DNA of 52,135 nt from positions 1 to 52,135 of the IMG/VR virus record IMGVR_UViG_3300044675_006493; one strand, 5' to 3'. The notes below the pieces were generated by a model, which saw only the letters and a program-made list of their open reading frames with translations, had not been told where the DNA came from and ran no database searches. Positions 18,606 through 29,300 of this stretch are shown here, one piece after another (within the stretch, counting starts at the first letter, position 1; each line of letters opens with the position of its first letter). The stretch is from a virus (lineage: Duplodnaviria; Caudoviricetes). The translations under genes were made by a program, and so were the position numbers.

Positions 18606-18821
18606 ATTTTCAAGATGCCGAACATTGTTCGACTCTTCCAACATATGATTTCTAAGATCCGTGGACAACGAATTCAAATCGTTTTGAATTTCGGTTAACG
18701 CTTTTTCAAGGTCGGAAACACGATCAAAAAGTTTCAAAAGAGCGCGAATGCCACCCACCACCATGGAGAACATCGCGGCATAAGTCGCCACGACAAGCGG
18801 ATGAGACCAAATATCTTCCAT
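18549..18821 (-). CDS. Membrane protein downstream of the endolysin (holin-like)
   Basis: N-terminal TM helix plus coiled coil; adjacent to the amidase. Confidence 0.55.
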   Translation of the reverse strand: MEDIWSHPLVVATYAAMFSMVVGGIRALLKLFDRVSDLEKALTEIQNDLNSLSTDLRNHMLEESNNVRHLENSIARLTTALGTDRIGLRE

Positions 18822-18826
18822 GACTA

Positions 18827-19615
18827 TTACCCGGTCTTAACCCACTGCGTATTGCGAATCTTCTGAGCGCCGAACTCTGCGTTAGGGAAATCGCCCCTAA
18901 ACGGAACACCGGCCGCTTGATACGCCTTAACATCTTCCTGATTCTTCAAACCTGTGCGCCAAGGCCCTGTCCAAAACAGCCAAATAGACCCGTCCTTGGG
19001 GTCACGCCACATTTCTACAGGCTTCATCTCATCGTCCTCGGGACTAGGTGGATTTACATTTTCCAGAATACCGCGGATCAACATGTTCTCTAGTTGACCT
19101 CGCTGAGGATGCTTTGTCCAAGCATCGCTGCGGTTATACGGCTGGGCATCGCCGTGAGTTGTCATGCCAGCAGCAAATAGTGTTTGTTGTGGTGGAATGA
19201 ATCTTGCTGCGGCCACTGGGTCGAAACCGTTTCGTTTCCAAAACGCATAGATTTCGTTTGCGGCGCGCTTAATCGCTGCTTGTGTCCAAGCGTTAGCAAC
19301 GTCAAGATCGGTGCTTTTGCAAGCAAGGGAAATACCCCAAGTGCGACTATTGAAATCCTTTACCTCACAATGAAACGCCGTGTAAGTATCCGGCATCAAA
19401 GCAACTGTCGAATCGGAGTCAACGATCACATGGTACGAGCCGTGTTCGGTGCGTCGGGCGATGTAAGCGGCAACGTTTTCTGCCCCGGTGTCAGGCCCCA
19501 CGTTGTCCATAATGGATTCGGTGGTGTGAACTAGAACTCCACCTGTCATGGGGTTGATGCGTGAGGGGTGGAATTGTTGGATCGCCGGTGGATGATCAAG
19601 GAGATAATACTGCAT
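18827..19615 (-). CDS. Endolysin, N-acetylmuramoyl-L-alanine amidase (Amidase_2)
   Basis: VLVHTTE, SYHVIVD, AFH, NSRTWGISL, THGD...D zinc-amidase motifs. Confidence 0.85.
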   Translation of the reverse strand: MQYYLLDHPPAIQQFHPSRINPMTGGVLVHTTESIMDNVGPDTGAENVAAYIARRTEHGSYHVIVDSDSTVALMPDTYTAFHCEVKDFNSRTWGISLACKSTDLDVANAWTQAAIKRAANEIYAFWKRNGFDPVAAARFIPPQQTLFAAGMTTHGDAQPYNRSDAWTKHPQRGQLENMLIRGILENVNPPSPEDDEMKPVEMWRDPKDGSIWLFWTGPWRTGLKNQEDVKAYQAAGVPFRGDFPNAEFGAQKIRNTQWVKTG

Positions 19616-20294
19616 CTGACAATTCTACCGTTGGACCAGCATCCGTGATTACCGCTTCAAACCATCCGGTATATGAAACATCTGCAGTGGGATACAGGTA
19701 TACGTCTAGGGTTTCAAAACTTGTTTCTTCCGGCTCAAGAATTCGGAAAGAGGTCACCGTCGCAAAACTTGTAGGACCACCGGGGCTGATGCCAACAAAA
19801 AAATCTTCACTTCCGGGCAATATAAGCCCTTCGGCATTTTCATTGTAAATAGCACCATATACCCATGAAGGATCAGCAGGAGATCCAGCAACAAGTGTCA
19901 AAGTGAAATCAATTCGATAAAGACGACCAAAGCAAAAAGTTGCGCTCAATTGTGCTTGCGATGTCAAGTCCTCTGCCTCAAAGGGATTTTCTTCACCGTA
20001 TACTCTGCGCGTTCTTGCAATGATTTGACCAGCGTCAGCAAAGCGGGCAATTGTTCCGATGATATAAATTCCTCGTGGTGGATCGAACAGGACCATTACT
20101 CGGTCCCCTTCGCTCAAATCGGCAAAAAGCATGGATGCCTCAACAGAACTATTCTCAGGGTCGCCGTCCATTAGCAATGTCGCCGTTCTGCGATTTTCTG
20201 CGACGGTCACAATTGTCCCCGGCAAAACTGAAGTCGTGCTTGCCGGTCGCGCTTCTATCGACTGCACCAACAGTCGAACGTCATCCACATTCAT
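19596..20294 (-). CDS. Minor tail protein
   Basis: Last gene of the tail operon; GDRVMVLF OB-like N-terminus. Confidence 0.55.
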   Translation of the reverse strand: MNVDDVRLLVQSIEARPASTTSVLPGTIVTVAENRRTATLLMDGDPENSSVEASMLFADLSEGDRVMVLFDPPRGIYIIGTIARFADAGQIIARTRRVYGEENPFEAEDLTSQAQLSATFCFGRLYRIDFTLTLVAGSPADPSWVYGAIYNENAEGLILPGSEDFFVGISPGGPTSFATVTSFRILEPEETSFETLDVYLYPTADVSYTGWFEAVITDAGPTVELSDAVLSP

Positions 20295-20296
20295 TA

Positions 20297-21310
20297 TTAA
20301 ATCCTTAATTCAGAAGCAACGCGATGCGACATAACGCCGCCAATTGTCATATCGAAATCCCATGACATTTCTCTATAAATGACATTGTTCACAGAAACCA
20401 AATCAAAACAATCGTGATTTGGGTTTGGAACTGCCCCAAAGGAAATCGTCTGATATCCAGCAACCGCTGTATTGGCAATCAATTGAACTAGGCGTTGAGC
20501 CTGTGCAACGCTTTCAATACCTTGTTCTCGGATGATTTGAGCAATTCTGCGGCCATTGCGTTTAAACAAACTATTGGGAGCATTTACCGGAATTTCTGCA
20601 GTGGCGATAATTGGGGCATCTGTCGCCCCCGATCCAACAACAACAAAAACATTTGGCGCATCCAAATAATCTGAATCTTCTACACGAGTGTCGTAAAGAA
20701 TATTTGTTGAATCGTAAAAAGCGGCGGGTTGTGCATCATCTGGAAGTAGTGGCCTCAGTTGCAAAATACCGTTTCTGTCGAAATGGGGAGGAAGGAACCC
20801 CGCCAAAGAACAGAAGCCGTTCAAAGCCGTTGCAAAAGTTGTTCCAACTTGATAGGCAACGGGTTCACCGAATATTTCGCCGGTCGGTTCAATCATTCTG
20901 CGCTCAATACCAGCAGCATCACAAACACGCTCTAAGGCATCGGAAACTGATTCTGCGCTGCGACCAGAAAGATTGTAAGGAGAGGGAGTGGCCAAAAACG
21001 ATCCTCCGTCCACCAGATATGGTTCAACCGGTGCCCTCAAATTGTTTGCTAGGTATCGTGCGGGGTCGGAGGCAATGGAAAACATTCCCAGACGCAAAGA
21101 AGTTCCATCAGAACGACGAAAAATTGGTACAAGCCAATCATTCAATTTATCTAATTGATTCCAATCAGAAATTTCAAATTGAGTTCCGCGAACAACTCTC
21201 TGAATAGTTGCGTTAGCGTCCCAAGACAGTGTTCCACCACTACCCAAAATTGTTCCAATTAAAGCACCGGAACTGTCAGCGACGGCCCATTCAACAGCGA
21301 AAGCAGTCAT
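20297..21310 (-). CDS. Minor tail/hub protein
   Basis: Position; LRLGMF, HFDRNG.L.L, APNVFVVVG, PNPNHD.FDLV patterns. Confidence 0.65.
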   Translation of the reverse strand: MTAFAVEWAVADSSGALIGTILGSGGTLSWDANATIQRVVRGTQFEISDWNQLDKLNDWLVPIFRRSDGTSLRLGMFSIASDPARYLANNLRAPVEPYLVDGGSFLATPSPYNLSGRSAESVSDALERVCDAAGIERRMIEPTGEIFGEPVAYQVGTTFATALNGFCSLAGFLPPHFDRNGILQLRPLLPDDAQPAAFYDSTNILYDTRVEDSDYLDAPNVFVVVGSGATDAPIIATAEIPVNAPNSLFKRNGRRIAQIIREQGIESVAQAQRLVQLIANTAVAGYQTISFGAVPNPNHDCFDLVSVNNVIYREMSWDFDMTIGGVMSHRVASELRI

Positions 21311-24096
21311 GATGACGGTACAAACGGGGCCGGAGGCTCAGGCGGAGAAACAGCGGGAGCCAAAAGGGAAAGTAGTTCAAGGGAAATAAGTGTTCCGTCG
21401 CCAGAATCAAATACAGGCACCGGATAAGGCGTTCGTGTGAGTTCCTTGATCGTCGTTTGAATCCGATATTGACTTCCGGGTTCGGTATCTACGCCTGTAG
21501 GTGTTTGAATGCTGGCAAACCAACGATTTCCGTTGTTGTCAGTTACGCACACATACGCCAAACGCAAAAGATCATCAATAAGGTCGGCAACGATTCTTTT
21601 ATTACCCGTTAGGAACAAAAGTCTGTCAAATACTCTACGTCCCAAATTGTCCAACGTAGAACTTTCTACTGTTCCTCCAGCGGCACCCGCGGCAGCCAGA
21701 AGGAAATCGACGGAGAATTCGTCCAATCGATCAGTCAAACCTCTTGCTTCAACTGATCCGTCTGTTCCTTCAAATTCGTAATAGGACACGGTTTCCAAGA
21801 AGTTATAAGAACGAACACCTACATCATCAAACCACACATTAAAAATTGGAAGTTGATTGGTTGAAAGGAAATAACCGCATCTTCCATCAACGGGGATTGA
21901 AACTTCGACCTCGTTAGACCAAGCAGAATTGAAATCTATATCGCTGACCAAACGAATGCGATATGTGTTCAAAGAATCGCCTAGCGCTCCGCGGTTGGCT
22001 TCATAATCCATGATGCTGTACGTTTCGGCCGTGCCATCAACATACGCGTAATAGATGGTCTGCCAATCACTGTCCCAAGTCGAATCAACAACAGTTGTTT
22101 TACGTTGAATCTCGTAATATCCAAGACCCGAACAGGCATCGGGGCTTACTTGCCCATCCCAACTCAATAGAACAGATGGACCGTAAACGCCAGTGTCGAA
22201 ATCAACATAAGTTGCTGTGAAACCTGACGGCGTTTCCGGCGTGGCACCAATAACCACTGAAACATCAGCATCTTCTCGAACAATCCACGGATCCTGCGGA
22301 AGTGTTTCGGTCGGGTCACCACCAGAGGCGCAATCAATAATTCCGCCAAAAGTTGTGTATTCCATTTCGGTGGACGTTGGGGAGACAACATCCTGCCGCG
22401 TAACGCCAGTATTCAACGTTAAAACCTGCCAACCGTTCGATCCACCCCCATACACGACAAACATGATGGTGTGTTGAGTTTCGCTTTCATTCCACCCGTC
22501 TTGCGTCAATGGCAAATCAAATTTCTGCCAAGTTCCGGGGTATTCCAAATCGTTCGGTCGGATAATTGTTGAAGTTGCTTCTAGCGTGTAAGAGGAATCA
22601 ACAACGTAAACAACCATGAAACTATCCGGCTGAGATTCATTGCTTGATTTGGCCCAAAACCTGATTCGATAATCAACGTCTGAATCTGCGGTGAAGGAAA
22701 CCGTTTGCCACAATTGAGGGCGATCCGGATCACGCACAACGCCAAGTTCGCCGTCACCATCAGTTATATATGCATAAGGCTGGCTGTCCGTCAAAAAATA
22801 ACCAGAAACACCGTCATCAAAAAGAACTGTTGGCGCGTAATTTATTTCAGTTCCAACATTGCGAGGAATATCATGCAAAAATTCTGGCACAGTTTCATAA
22901 ATGCCATTTTGCGTTCCTTGGCCGCCGCCCAAAGCCCGCACAGATAATCCTTGTGTGGACAAAGCGGGACGGCGATCAACCGTTTGTTGCTGGTAAATGC
23001 GCTGATTGAACAAATACTTTTCATTGCCAGTAGCCGTCCAAGAACCACCGGCAATTGTTTCAACAGACCATTCGTTCCAACCGAAAACTTGTTGAGGCGA
23101 AACACGAATGGCTTCTGCAACACGCGTTTCGGTTACATGCTCAACGTCTGCCCATGCCTCATAAATTGCCCCCCCTGTTACTTTCCTTATTTCTACCCCG
23201 TTCGCACCACCCGGACGGGACATAAGCCACATAACAGCATTGTCCTGAATCGTGCTGTTGAAATCTTCCAATTCAGAAGTCGTCCACGAACGACCCGTAA
23301 TTGGGTTTTGATACCAAGTGTAAGAAACAACCTGCGGAGTAATTGGCATAATTTGTGCTTGACCCAACACAATTTGCCCATTCATAGAAATCGCTGGACG
23401 GATCCTATATGGAACGTCCCATTCCCCGCCGATGGCACCCGGATCAATATAACGCTGACACAAGCACGCTACCGTCAAACCAATAATACGGTCTGTTCCA
23501 ACATTTGATTCCAAATCGTCAACGTGGAATGCCCACTGAGAATAAAGCGAATCGTAAGAGCGGTCTGGGGAAGGATCGGGAATAGTTTTGAACCACGGAA
23601 CGAGTCCTAAAAATTGCCGATTGATTACCGGGACGGGATTTACAAAAACCGGACCAACAGTATTCACATAGCCCTGATAAATGCCGGATACCGAAGGATC
23701 GCCCAAAAGTTCGTACCATGACAATGCCGAAGGGCTGTAATCATCCATGCGTTGCTGATCGACAGACTCGACACGGCTTGGCGTCGGATACCAAGCAGCG
23801 CCTACTGGGCGGATGAAAAGCGAAGTGTCTGCGTCGGCACTGTATTGATATCTGTCAACTGTCCGATTCACCGGAGAAATATTTGCAACATCATAAATGT
23901 CAATAACGTCATAGGCATTAGGAACAGCGACCGAAGAAAAATTCCACATATTCTCAACAGTTAGTGTCGTACTGGCCTGCCATGTCCAAGAATATGAAGC
24001 CTCACCAACGCCGCCAACTGGACGATCAACCTCACGCAAAGGTGCCCATTCCAAACCAAAAGCACAATCGGTGTCAGCGTTCGGGTTCCAACTCAT
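21307..24096 (-). CDS. Large minor tail protein
   Basis: 929 aa, beta-rich and acidic, directly after the tape measure; FN3-like segment. Confidence 0.65.
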   Translation of the reverse strand: MSWNPNADTDCAFGLEWAPLREVDRPVGGVGEASYSWTWQASTTLTVENMWNFSSVAVPNAYDVIDIYDVANISPVNRTVDRYQYSADADTSLFIRPVGAAWYPTPSRVESVDQQRMDDYSPSALSWYELLGDPSVSGIYQGYVNTVGPVFVNPVPVINRQFLGLVPWFKTIPDPSPDRSYDSLYSQWAFHVDDLESNVGTDRIIGLTVACLCQRYIDPGAIGGEWDVPYRIRPAISMNGQIVLGQAQIMPITPQVVSYTWYQNPITGRSWTTSELEDFNSTIQDNAVMWLMSRPGGANGVEIRKVTGGAIYEAWADVEHVTETRVAEAIRVSPQQVFGWNEWSVETIAGGSWTATGNEKYLFNQRIYQQQTVDRRPALSTQGLSVRALGGGQGTQNGIYETVPEFLHDIPRNVGTEINYAPTVLFDDGVSGYFLTDSQPYAYITDGDGELGVVRDPDRPQLWQTVSFTADSDVDYRIRFWAKSSNESQPDSFMVVYVVDSSYTLEATSTIIRPNDLEYPGTWQKFDLPLTQDGWNESETQHTIMFVVYGGGSNGWQVLTLNTGVTRQDVVSPTSTEMEYTTFGGIIDCASGGDPTETLPQDPWIVREDADVSVVIGATPETPSGFTATYVDFDTGVYGPSVLLSWDGQVSPDACSGLGYYEIQRKTTVVDSTWDSDWQTIYYAYVDGTAETYSIMDYEANRGALGDSLNTYRIRLVSDIDFNSAWSNEVEVSIPVDGRCGYFLSTNQLPIFNVWFDDVGVRSYNFLETVSYYEFEGTDGSVEARGLTDRLDEFSVDFLLAAAGAAGGTVESSTLDNLGRRVFDRLLFLTGNKRIVADLIDDLLRLAYVCVTDNNGNRWFASIQTPTGVDTEPGSQYRIQTTIKELTRTPYPVPVFDSGDGTLISLELLSLLAPAVSPPEPPAPFVPSS

Positions 24097-27000
24097 GCCA
24101 TTCTCGCTTCCAACTGCAACACACGACGCAACTCAACAGCAGCCGCACGACCAATCTGCGCGCCCATAGCAGGATCAGCGTTGCCATTGATCGTCACAGG
24201 AACATTAACAGAAATGCTGGTATTCCCACCAGAGGCAAGAGGAACAGAATTGACTCGCTGCATCAAAGAACTCGCAGCACCAAACGCGGCTGGCGTCCCA
24301 GTTTCCAAACCGCGAGTCAAACCAGATACCAGATCCTTACCGATATTCTCCCAAACCCTAGAAGGCGAATCGGACTGCGCTTCGTCACGAGCCTTTTGTT
24401 CAGCACCAGCAATAATCTCGGCGGCGATCTGACCGACCTCTCCAGCACCGTCCCTCAGCCCACGCTTCAAACCTTCGATCAAAGCGTCACCCAAATACCA
24501 GCCGGTCATATCTGCTTCGTCGCTGTAATTCTCAACAACGAAAGTGAACGCATTGACAACCTCATCACCAATAACAGTTCTGGAATTGAAGACGCCTCGC
24601 CCTATACCAGTTGCAATAATGAATCCAACGTAAGCGGGAGCAAAAATTAGATTTGACGCCAAGAAAAGAAGAGCAGAGTTAATGGTCTGCAACATGTCAT
24701 CTTGGGCTTCGGTAATTTCCAGATTGAAAGTATTGACAAATCGTTGACCAAGCAATCCACCTTGCAACCCCGAATTGGGAAGAGCGGAACTTCCAATCAC
24801 AGAAAGTTGGAAAATCAAGTTAGCGGCAACATTTGTTGCCCCAGAAGTGATAGCCCCGTTAATGGCAGCCAAAAGGGCTGTAGCGGCTTCCGTGCCTGCC
24901 TGAGGAGCAGCACCCGCGACTCCGCCAGTAATGCCCTTCGCCCATTCCTGACCTGCCTCAGTTACACCACCAGCAATTGCACCAGTCGCATTAGTTGTCC
25001 ACGCATTACCAGCGTCCGTTGCGCCAGTAGCAACGCCATCAACAATTGCAGGAAGGGTCGTTTCTACTTCTTGAAGAGCGGCAGCCAAATCTTCCCGAGT
25101 GATAGAACCAAAAGGTGCTTTATCCCTAAGAATTTGGGCGAGGGCTTCATAATTACCGGCGTACAAACCTCTCTGTTGAAGGAAAGAAATTTTTGCTGCG
25201 ACCTCAGCCTCAACTCTGGCGGCAGCCTCCAACAAAAGCATCTGCCTCAAATGTGCATCCAAGGCTGCTTCATCTCCACCGTAAGCATTCAACAAGATCG
25301 CTGTACGTTCAGCACCGACCTGCGTAGCAACAGTCAAAATGCCAGTTTTGTTTTCCTGTGCCAAACGGACAAGCGTTGTTGACCAGTTGCGGGTATCTTC
25401 CAGATTCTTTTCAAGATCGGCTGCAATCTGATCGAAAGAGCCTCCCTCTTCCTGCCCAAGATTTTGAAATGCTTCAGTAACAGACGGAACGTTATTCAAA
25501 ACTGTGGAAGTGAAGTCTTCAATGGCGGCAGTTACTTCTTCAATAGTTTTCTTAGCCTGCTCTTCTGTCAAACTTGAATTAAGAAGTGCTTCAGCAAAAT
25601 TGTCTTGAGTTGTAATCCCCAAAGCAACTTCAAGACTTAATTCTTTTTGTGCTTCCGCCAACGCCCTCAAATCGGCTGCGGCTTTACCGCTTTGAATGTC
25701 AGCCTTTTTTTGAATCTCTTCCTGTCTTGCTACTTCATCATTGGCGAGTCGCAACAAGTACGTGTAATCAATGATCCCATCGTTACTGCTAGCCCTTGCA
25801 ATCGCTTGTTGTTTCCATTCTTCCGACAACTTGCCAGAAGCAGCAATCTGCTCGTATTGCAATTGAACGCTCTTTTGAGCGTTTTGACTTTGACGCTCCA
25901 ATTCGTCGGCAACCAAATTGGCGGCACCTGCCGTGTTTCTGTTATTGAACGCATACAACAACGTTGCCTCGTCCAAATTTTTGATTGCGTCAGCAGTAAG
26001 AGCGATTCTTTCTCCACCAACAGTGAAATAACCCCAATCTTGCGTATCCAGCATTGCTGTTTGAATCATGTATTGGCGGATGCCCTCAGTCCCCTGAGTA
26101 ACAAACCTAGAAAAATCGTCAATGGTTACACCGACTTCACCGAGGGAACGCACAAGATCTTCATTATTCAAAACTTGATTCACGCGCACATAATCTTCAA
26201 GTTTCGAAATAAGAAGATCTACGGACATCGCTGTATCAGAAGCGACTCCAGAACCTTCTTCCAATTGTTGATTGAAATCTTTAAAACCTTCGACACTTTG
26301 ATTGACATATCCAGAAAGTGTTGCGATTGCTGCACCAGCAATACCTATAACTGTCAACCATCCCTTCAAACCCTTTCCGGGTGCAAGAAGGGTCGTTAAA
26401 ACACCATCAAGAAGTTTAAAGCCTCTATAGACTGCAAAAATGGCAATGAGCCAAGGGCCGATCATGTTGTCTGCGATGCCCCCGATTAGAGAGGCGATGA
26501 CCGCAAGGGAGTCGGCAAAACCAATTGTTAGGAAACCTGCTAGTTCTGCAAGAACGTTCAAAGTGGGCGTTGCGGCCTCCAACAACTGCACCAAGGCATA
26601 ACCGAATGCTTCAAAAGCGGGATTTGTCTCGTCAATGATCTTTGCAACAATGTCAGTGAACGTTGTAAGAATTGGTAAAAATGCCGCCACAACATTCTCT
26701 GCCAAAGGAACGACTTGTTGCGCAAAATCTCCGAATGCTGTGGTGAGTGATAGTGCAATGGGAAAAAGTTCTCTAATCAGTTCCAGTACTGGAGCAACAA
26801 TCGGTGCGCCCAGTTCTTCCGTTAAGTTTGCGAAGATTTGACGGAGATTAGCGAGAGCGATAACTGGGTTGTCAAGGGCCGCATCAATATTTGTTTCGAT
26901 AGAACTGCCCAATTGCTGAACCGCAAGATCTGCACCAGCAGCAGCCAATTCGAACTGATTGAAAGTATCAGTTGTGGCTTTGCCAGTCATCTGTGCAGCC

Positions 27001-28127
27001 CTCAACTTGATTTCTGTTGAAGTCAACGCAATGCCAGTACCCGCCAAAGCGCGACCACCGCGAGCAAAACCAGTGGACAGACGATTAGCGATGTCAGCCA
27101 ATTCCCCCGCATTAGGATTCAAAGATCGGATATTTGCTGCGACGGCAAAAAGATTGCTATTCGCTTCAGCAATATCCTGTGCTGCTGCACCAGAAGACTT
27201 GCCCAACATTGCGAAACGTTGAGCGGCAAGCAAAGCGGCTTCATCATCAGAACCTAAATTCTCGGCCAATTGCTCCAACTGGATATTCAAACCAGCAGCA
27301 TCAATATTGGCGATAGCGGGAGCAAGACTGCCCAAAGACCGTTGAAACCCAATAGCAACAGATTCAGACTCAACGGCGGCAGCGAAGAAAGCGGAGATCG
27401 CCGCGAACGCCGCTGTGCCAGCAGCAGCAGCACCTTTCAAACCAAAAGCAAGACCAGTAGCAACAACAGTGGTCGCACTAATCTCCTCTTTCGCTTTTTT
27501 AGCGTTTTCAGCAGTATCTCCCAAACTTTTGCTGATCGCCGCGCTTTCCGCAGATTCGCGCCCTCCAAAAACGGGTTCAGTTCCCCCTTGCACTTGTTCA
27601 GCGAAAGCCGAATACTCTTCCTTAACCAAAGAAAGATCGGCTGTCGGAGTGACAGTGAAATCCTCTTCTTCTAAAGCAGCCTTCACCTCGTCGGCGGGTT
27701 GAGTCGGATTCACGGACTCCAAGAAAATGTTGGCGATAAGTTCATCGCCACTAGCACCCTGAATTCCCTCTGAAACCGCTTCCCCTAAAGCAGACGCATC
27801 ACCATCAATAGGAATCTGAATAGGATCAGGAGTAACAGAATCCAAAGAATCCTGAGTGCCTTCACGCACAGCGTCAGCATCAACATCGGTGAAAGTAAGA
27901 GAAGTTTCTTGCTCATCACCAATAGCAGCCTGAACAAGATCGCCACCCTCAACTTCAGTGAAAGCAGCCTCAATCGGCAACGCAACAGGATTCGCGGAGA
28001 TCGCTTTAAGCGCATCATCCATCGCCACAAAAAACGTAGTGGCGGCATCAGTAAGGCTTTTAGCCACCTGATCAATAGCGGCTAACGCATCCTCAATACG
28101 TAGAGAGAGTTCTTCTTCAATTGCCAC
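24093..28127 (-). CDS. Tape measure protein
   Basis: 1344 aa, Ala/Gly-rich helical, C-terminal SDSPSRVW..IG..L..GL..G; follows the chaperone pair. Confidence 0.9.
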   Translation of the reverse strand: MAIEEELSLRIEDALAAIDQVAKSLTDAATTFFVAMDDALKAISANPVALPIEAAFTEVEGGDLVQAAIGDEQETSLTFTDVDADAVREGTQDSLDSVTPDPIQIPIDGDASALGEAVSEGIQGASGDELIANIFLESVNPTQPADEVKAALEEEDFTVTPTADLSLVKEEYSAFAEQVQGGTEPVFGGRESAESAAISKSLGDTAENAKKAKEEISATTVVATGLAFGLKGAAAAGTAAFAAISAFFAAAVESESVAIGFQRSLGSLAPAIANIDAAGLNIQLEQLAENLGSDDEAALLAAQRFAMLGKSSGAAAQDIAEANSNLFAVAANIRSLNPNAGELADIANRLSTGFARGGRALAGTGIALTSTEIKLRAAQMTGKATTDTFNQFELAAAGADLAVQQLGSSIETNIDAALDNPVIALANLRQIFANLTEELGAPIVAPVLELIRELFPIALSLTTAFGDFAQQVVPLAENVVAAFLPILTTFTDIVAKIIDETNPAFEAFGYALVQLLEAATPTLNVLAELAGFLTIGFADSLAVIASLIGGIADNMIGPWLIAIFAVYRGFKLLDGVLTTLLAPGKGLKGWLTVIGIAGAAIATLSGYVNQSVEGFKDFNQQLEEGSGVASDTAMSVDLLISKLEDYVRVNQVLNNEDLVRSLGEVGVTIDDFSRFVTQGTEGIRQYMIQTAMLDTQDWGYFTVGGERIALTADAIKNLDEATLLYAFNNRNTAGAANLVADELERQSQNAQKSVQLQYEQIAASGKLSEEWKQQAIARASSNDGIIDYTYLLRLANDEVARQEEIQKKADIQSGKAAADLRALAEAQKELSLEVALGITTQDNFAEALLNSSLTEEQAKKTIEEVTAAIEDFTSTVLNNVPSVTEAFQNLGQEEGGSFDQIAADLEKNLEDTRNWSTTLVRLAQENKTGILTVATQVGAERTAILLNAYGGDEAALDAHLRQMLLLEAAARVEAEVAAKISFLQQRGLYAGNYEALAQILRDKAPFGSITREDLAAALQEVETTLPAIVDGVATGATDAGNAWTTNATGAIAGGVTEAGQEWAKGITGGVAGAAPQAGTEAATALLAAINGAITSGATNVAANLIFQLSVIGSSALPNSGLQGGLLGQRFVNTFNLEITEAQDDMLQTINSALLFLASNLIFAPAYVGFIIATGIGRGVFNSRTVIGDEVVNAFTFVVENYSDEADMTGWYLGDALIEGLKRGLRDGAGEVGQIAAEIIAGAEQKARDEAQSDSPSRVWENIGKDLVSGLTRGLETGTPAAFGAASSLMQRVNSVPLASGGNTSISVNVPVTINGNADPAMGAQIGRAAAVELRRVLQLEARMA

Positions 28128-28540
28128 GTAGATGCCTAGTCAGATTAGCCGTTTCTAACGGACTCATGGGTCTAACCTCAGGAGGAGGCCCTTCCCCCTT
28201 GGAAGCAGCAACCCTCTGAGCAAGAATGTCTTGCCCATATTTTACATTAGGGGTTAGACCCTCTGGAGTGTCTGACTGCTCATATTCCCTCTCCAAACGG
28301 GAATATTCTGTGTGCCATTCTTCCAAATCCTTGGTTGCTTCCCCCAAAGACGAGGCAACAACCCACAGTTCCATGTCGTCCACCTGTACAGGTGTCCAAC
28401 CAAAATTAACTGCGCAGCGGCGATATAAAAGAGCAAACCATTCGAACCATTCACCCCTCAAAAGGGTTTCAGGAGGGGCAGGCAGCCCAAAAAACTCTGG
28501 AGGGTGCCGCTCTACTACCCCCCAGAGGCCCAAGGGACCT
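28117..28540 (-). CDS. Tail assembly chaperone, frameshift extension (G-T-like)
   Basis: Lies in the -1 frame relative to 28515..28886; no convincing own start; FGWTP.QVDDMELW motif. The 5' boundary is approximate. Confidence 0.6.
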
Positions 28541-28886
28541 CGCGCCAATGATTCTGAATCTTGACCATAAGGTCGGTGTTCATCATCCACGTGGGGAAAT
28601 CATCCAGATCTGAAGGGGCGGGAAGATTGTCTTCGTCCCTCAAACCATCAATAACGTCTGACCACCACTGCAACGTAGCAGAAACAACAGAATCAATATC
28701 CAAATCAGAAGTCTCAGGAGACGAATCCCTCTGCTCCCGAGCGATATCAAGGAGCATCTGATTGAACTTCTTCAACTGACCAATCGTGGGGCGATTAAGG
28801 ATGCGCTCAGCACCCCCAAACACCAACTTGACGCGACCATCATCAAGAAAATCGCAAACATCGGACTTGCGCTTTGCAGCCATCAA
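28515..28886 (-). CDS. Tail assembly chaperone
   Basis: LNRPTIGQL motif; position upstream of the tape measure. Confidence 0.65.
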   Translation of the reverse strand: MMAAKRKSDVCDFLDDGRVKLVFGGAERILNRPTIGQLKKFNQMLLDIAREQRDSSPETSDLDIDSVVSATLQWWSDVIDGLRDEDNLPAPSDLDDFPTWMMNTDLMVKIQNHWREVPWASGG

Positions 28887-28892
28887 TATCTC

Positions 28893-29291
28893 CTAAAAAG
28901 GCTCTTCGTCAACGAACTTCGGCTTACGAGCAGGGATGGAAACCTCACCCTGAACAATAGGATCCCACTTCAAAGAAGGACCAACCTCATCAGCAACAAT
29001 CTCAATCTTGCTGCGCTTCTGGCCATCCTTTTCCCATGAAGACTGCTTCAAAGTGCCAGAAACAATAACACGCTGACCCTTAGTAACAGAATCCCCAATG
29101 TTTTCTGCAAGACGCCCAAAAGCAGTCACATCAAAAAACGAGGTATCGCCGTTCTCCCAAGAACCGTCAGCGGCCTTCCTGCGAGCCGTAACAGCCACAG
29201 AAAAAGAAGCAACAGCCATCTCGGACGCAGTGAAACGCATCTCGGGTTCGCGCGTGCAGTTGCCAACAATAACAACAGATGTATCGCTCAT
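28893..29291 (-). CDS. ssb: Single-stranded DNA-binding protein
   Basis: IVGNCTREPEMRFT...AFGRLAENI...KGQRVIV.G.L; acidic C-terminal DEEPF. Confidence 0.95.
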   Translation of the reverse strand: MSDTSVVIVGNCTREPEMRFTASEMAVASFSVAVTARRKAADGSWENGDTSFFDVTAFGRLAENIGDSVTKGQRVIVSGTLKQSSWEKDGQKRSKIEIVADEVGPSLKWDPIVQGEVSIPARKPKFVDEEPF

Positions 29292-29300
29292 TTTTACCTT

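Noticed and set aside
18619-18633. CGAACATTGTTCGAC as a further SOS box
   Set aside because: The spacer is 3 nt rather than 4, and the site lies inside a coding region.
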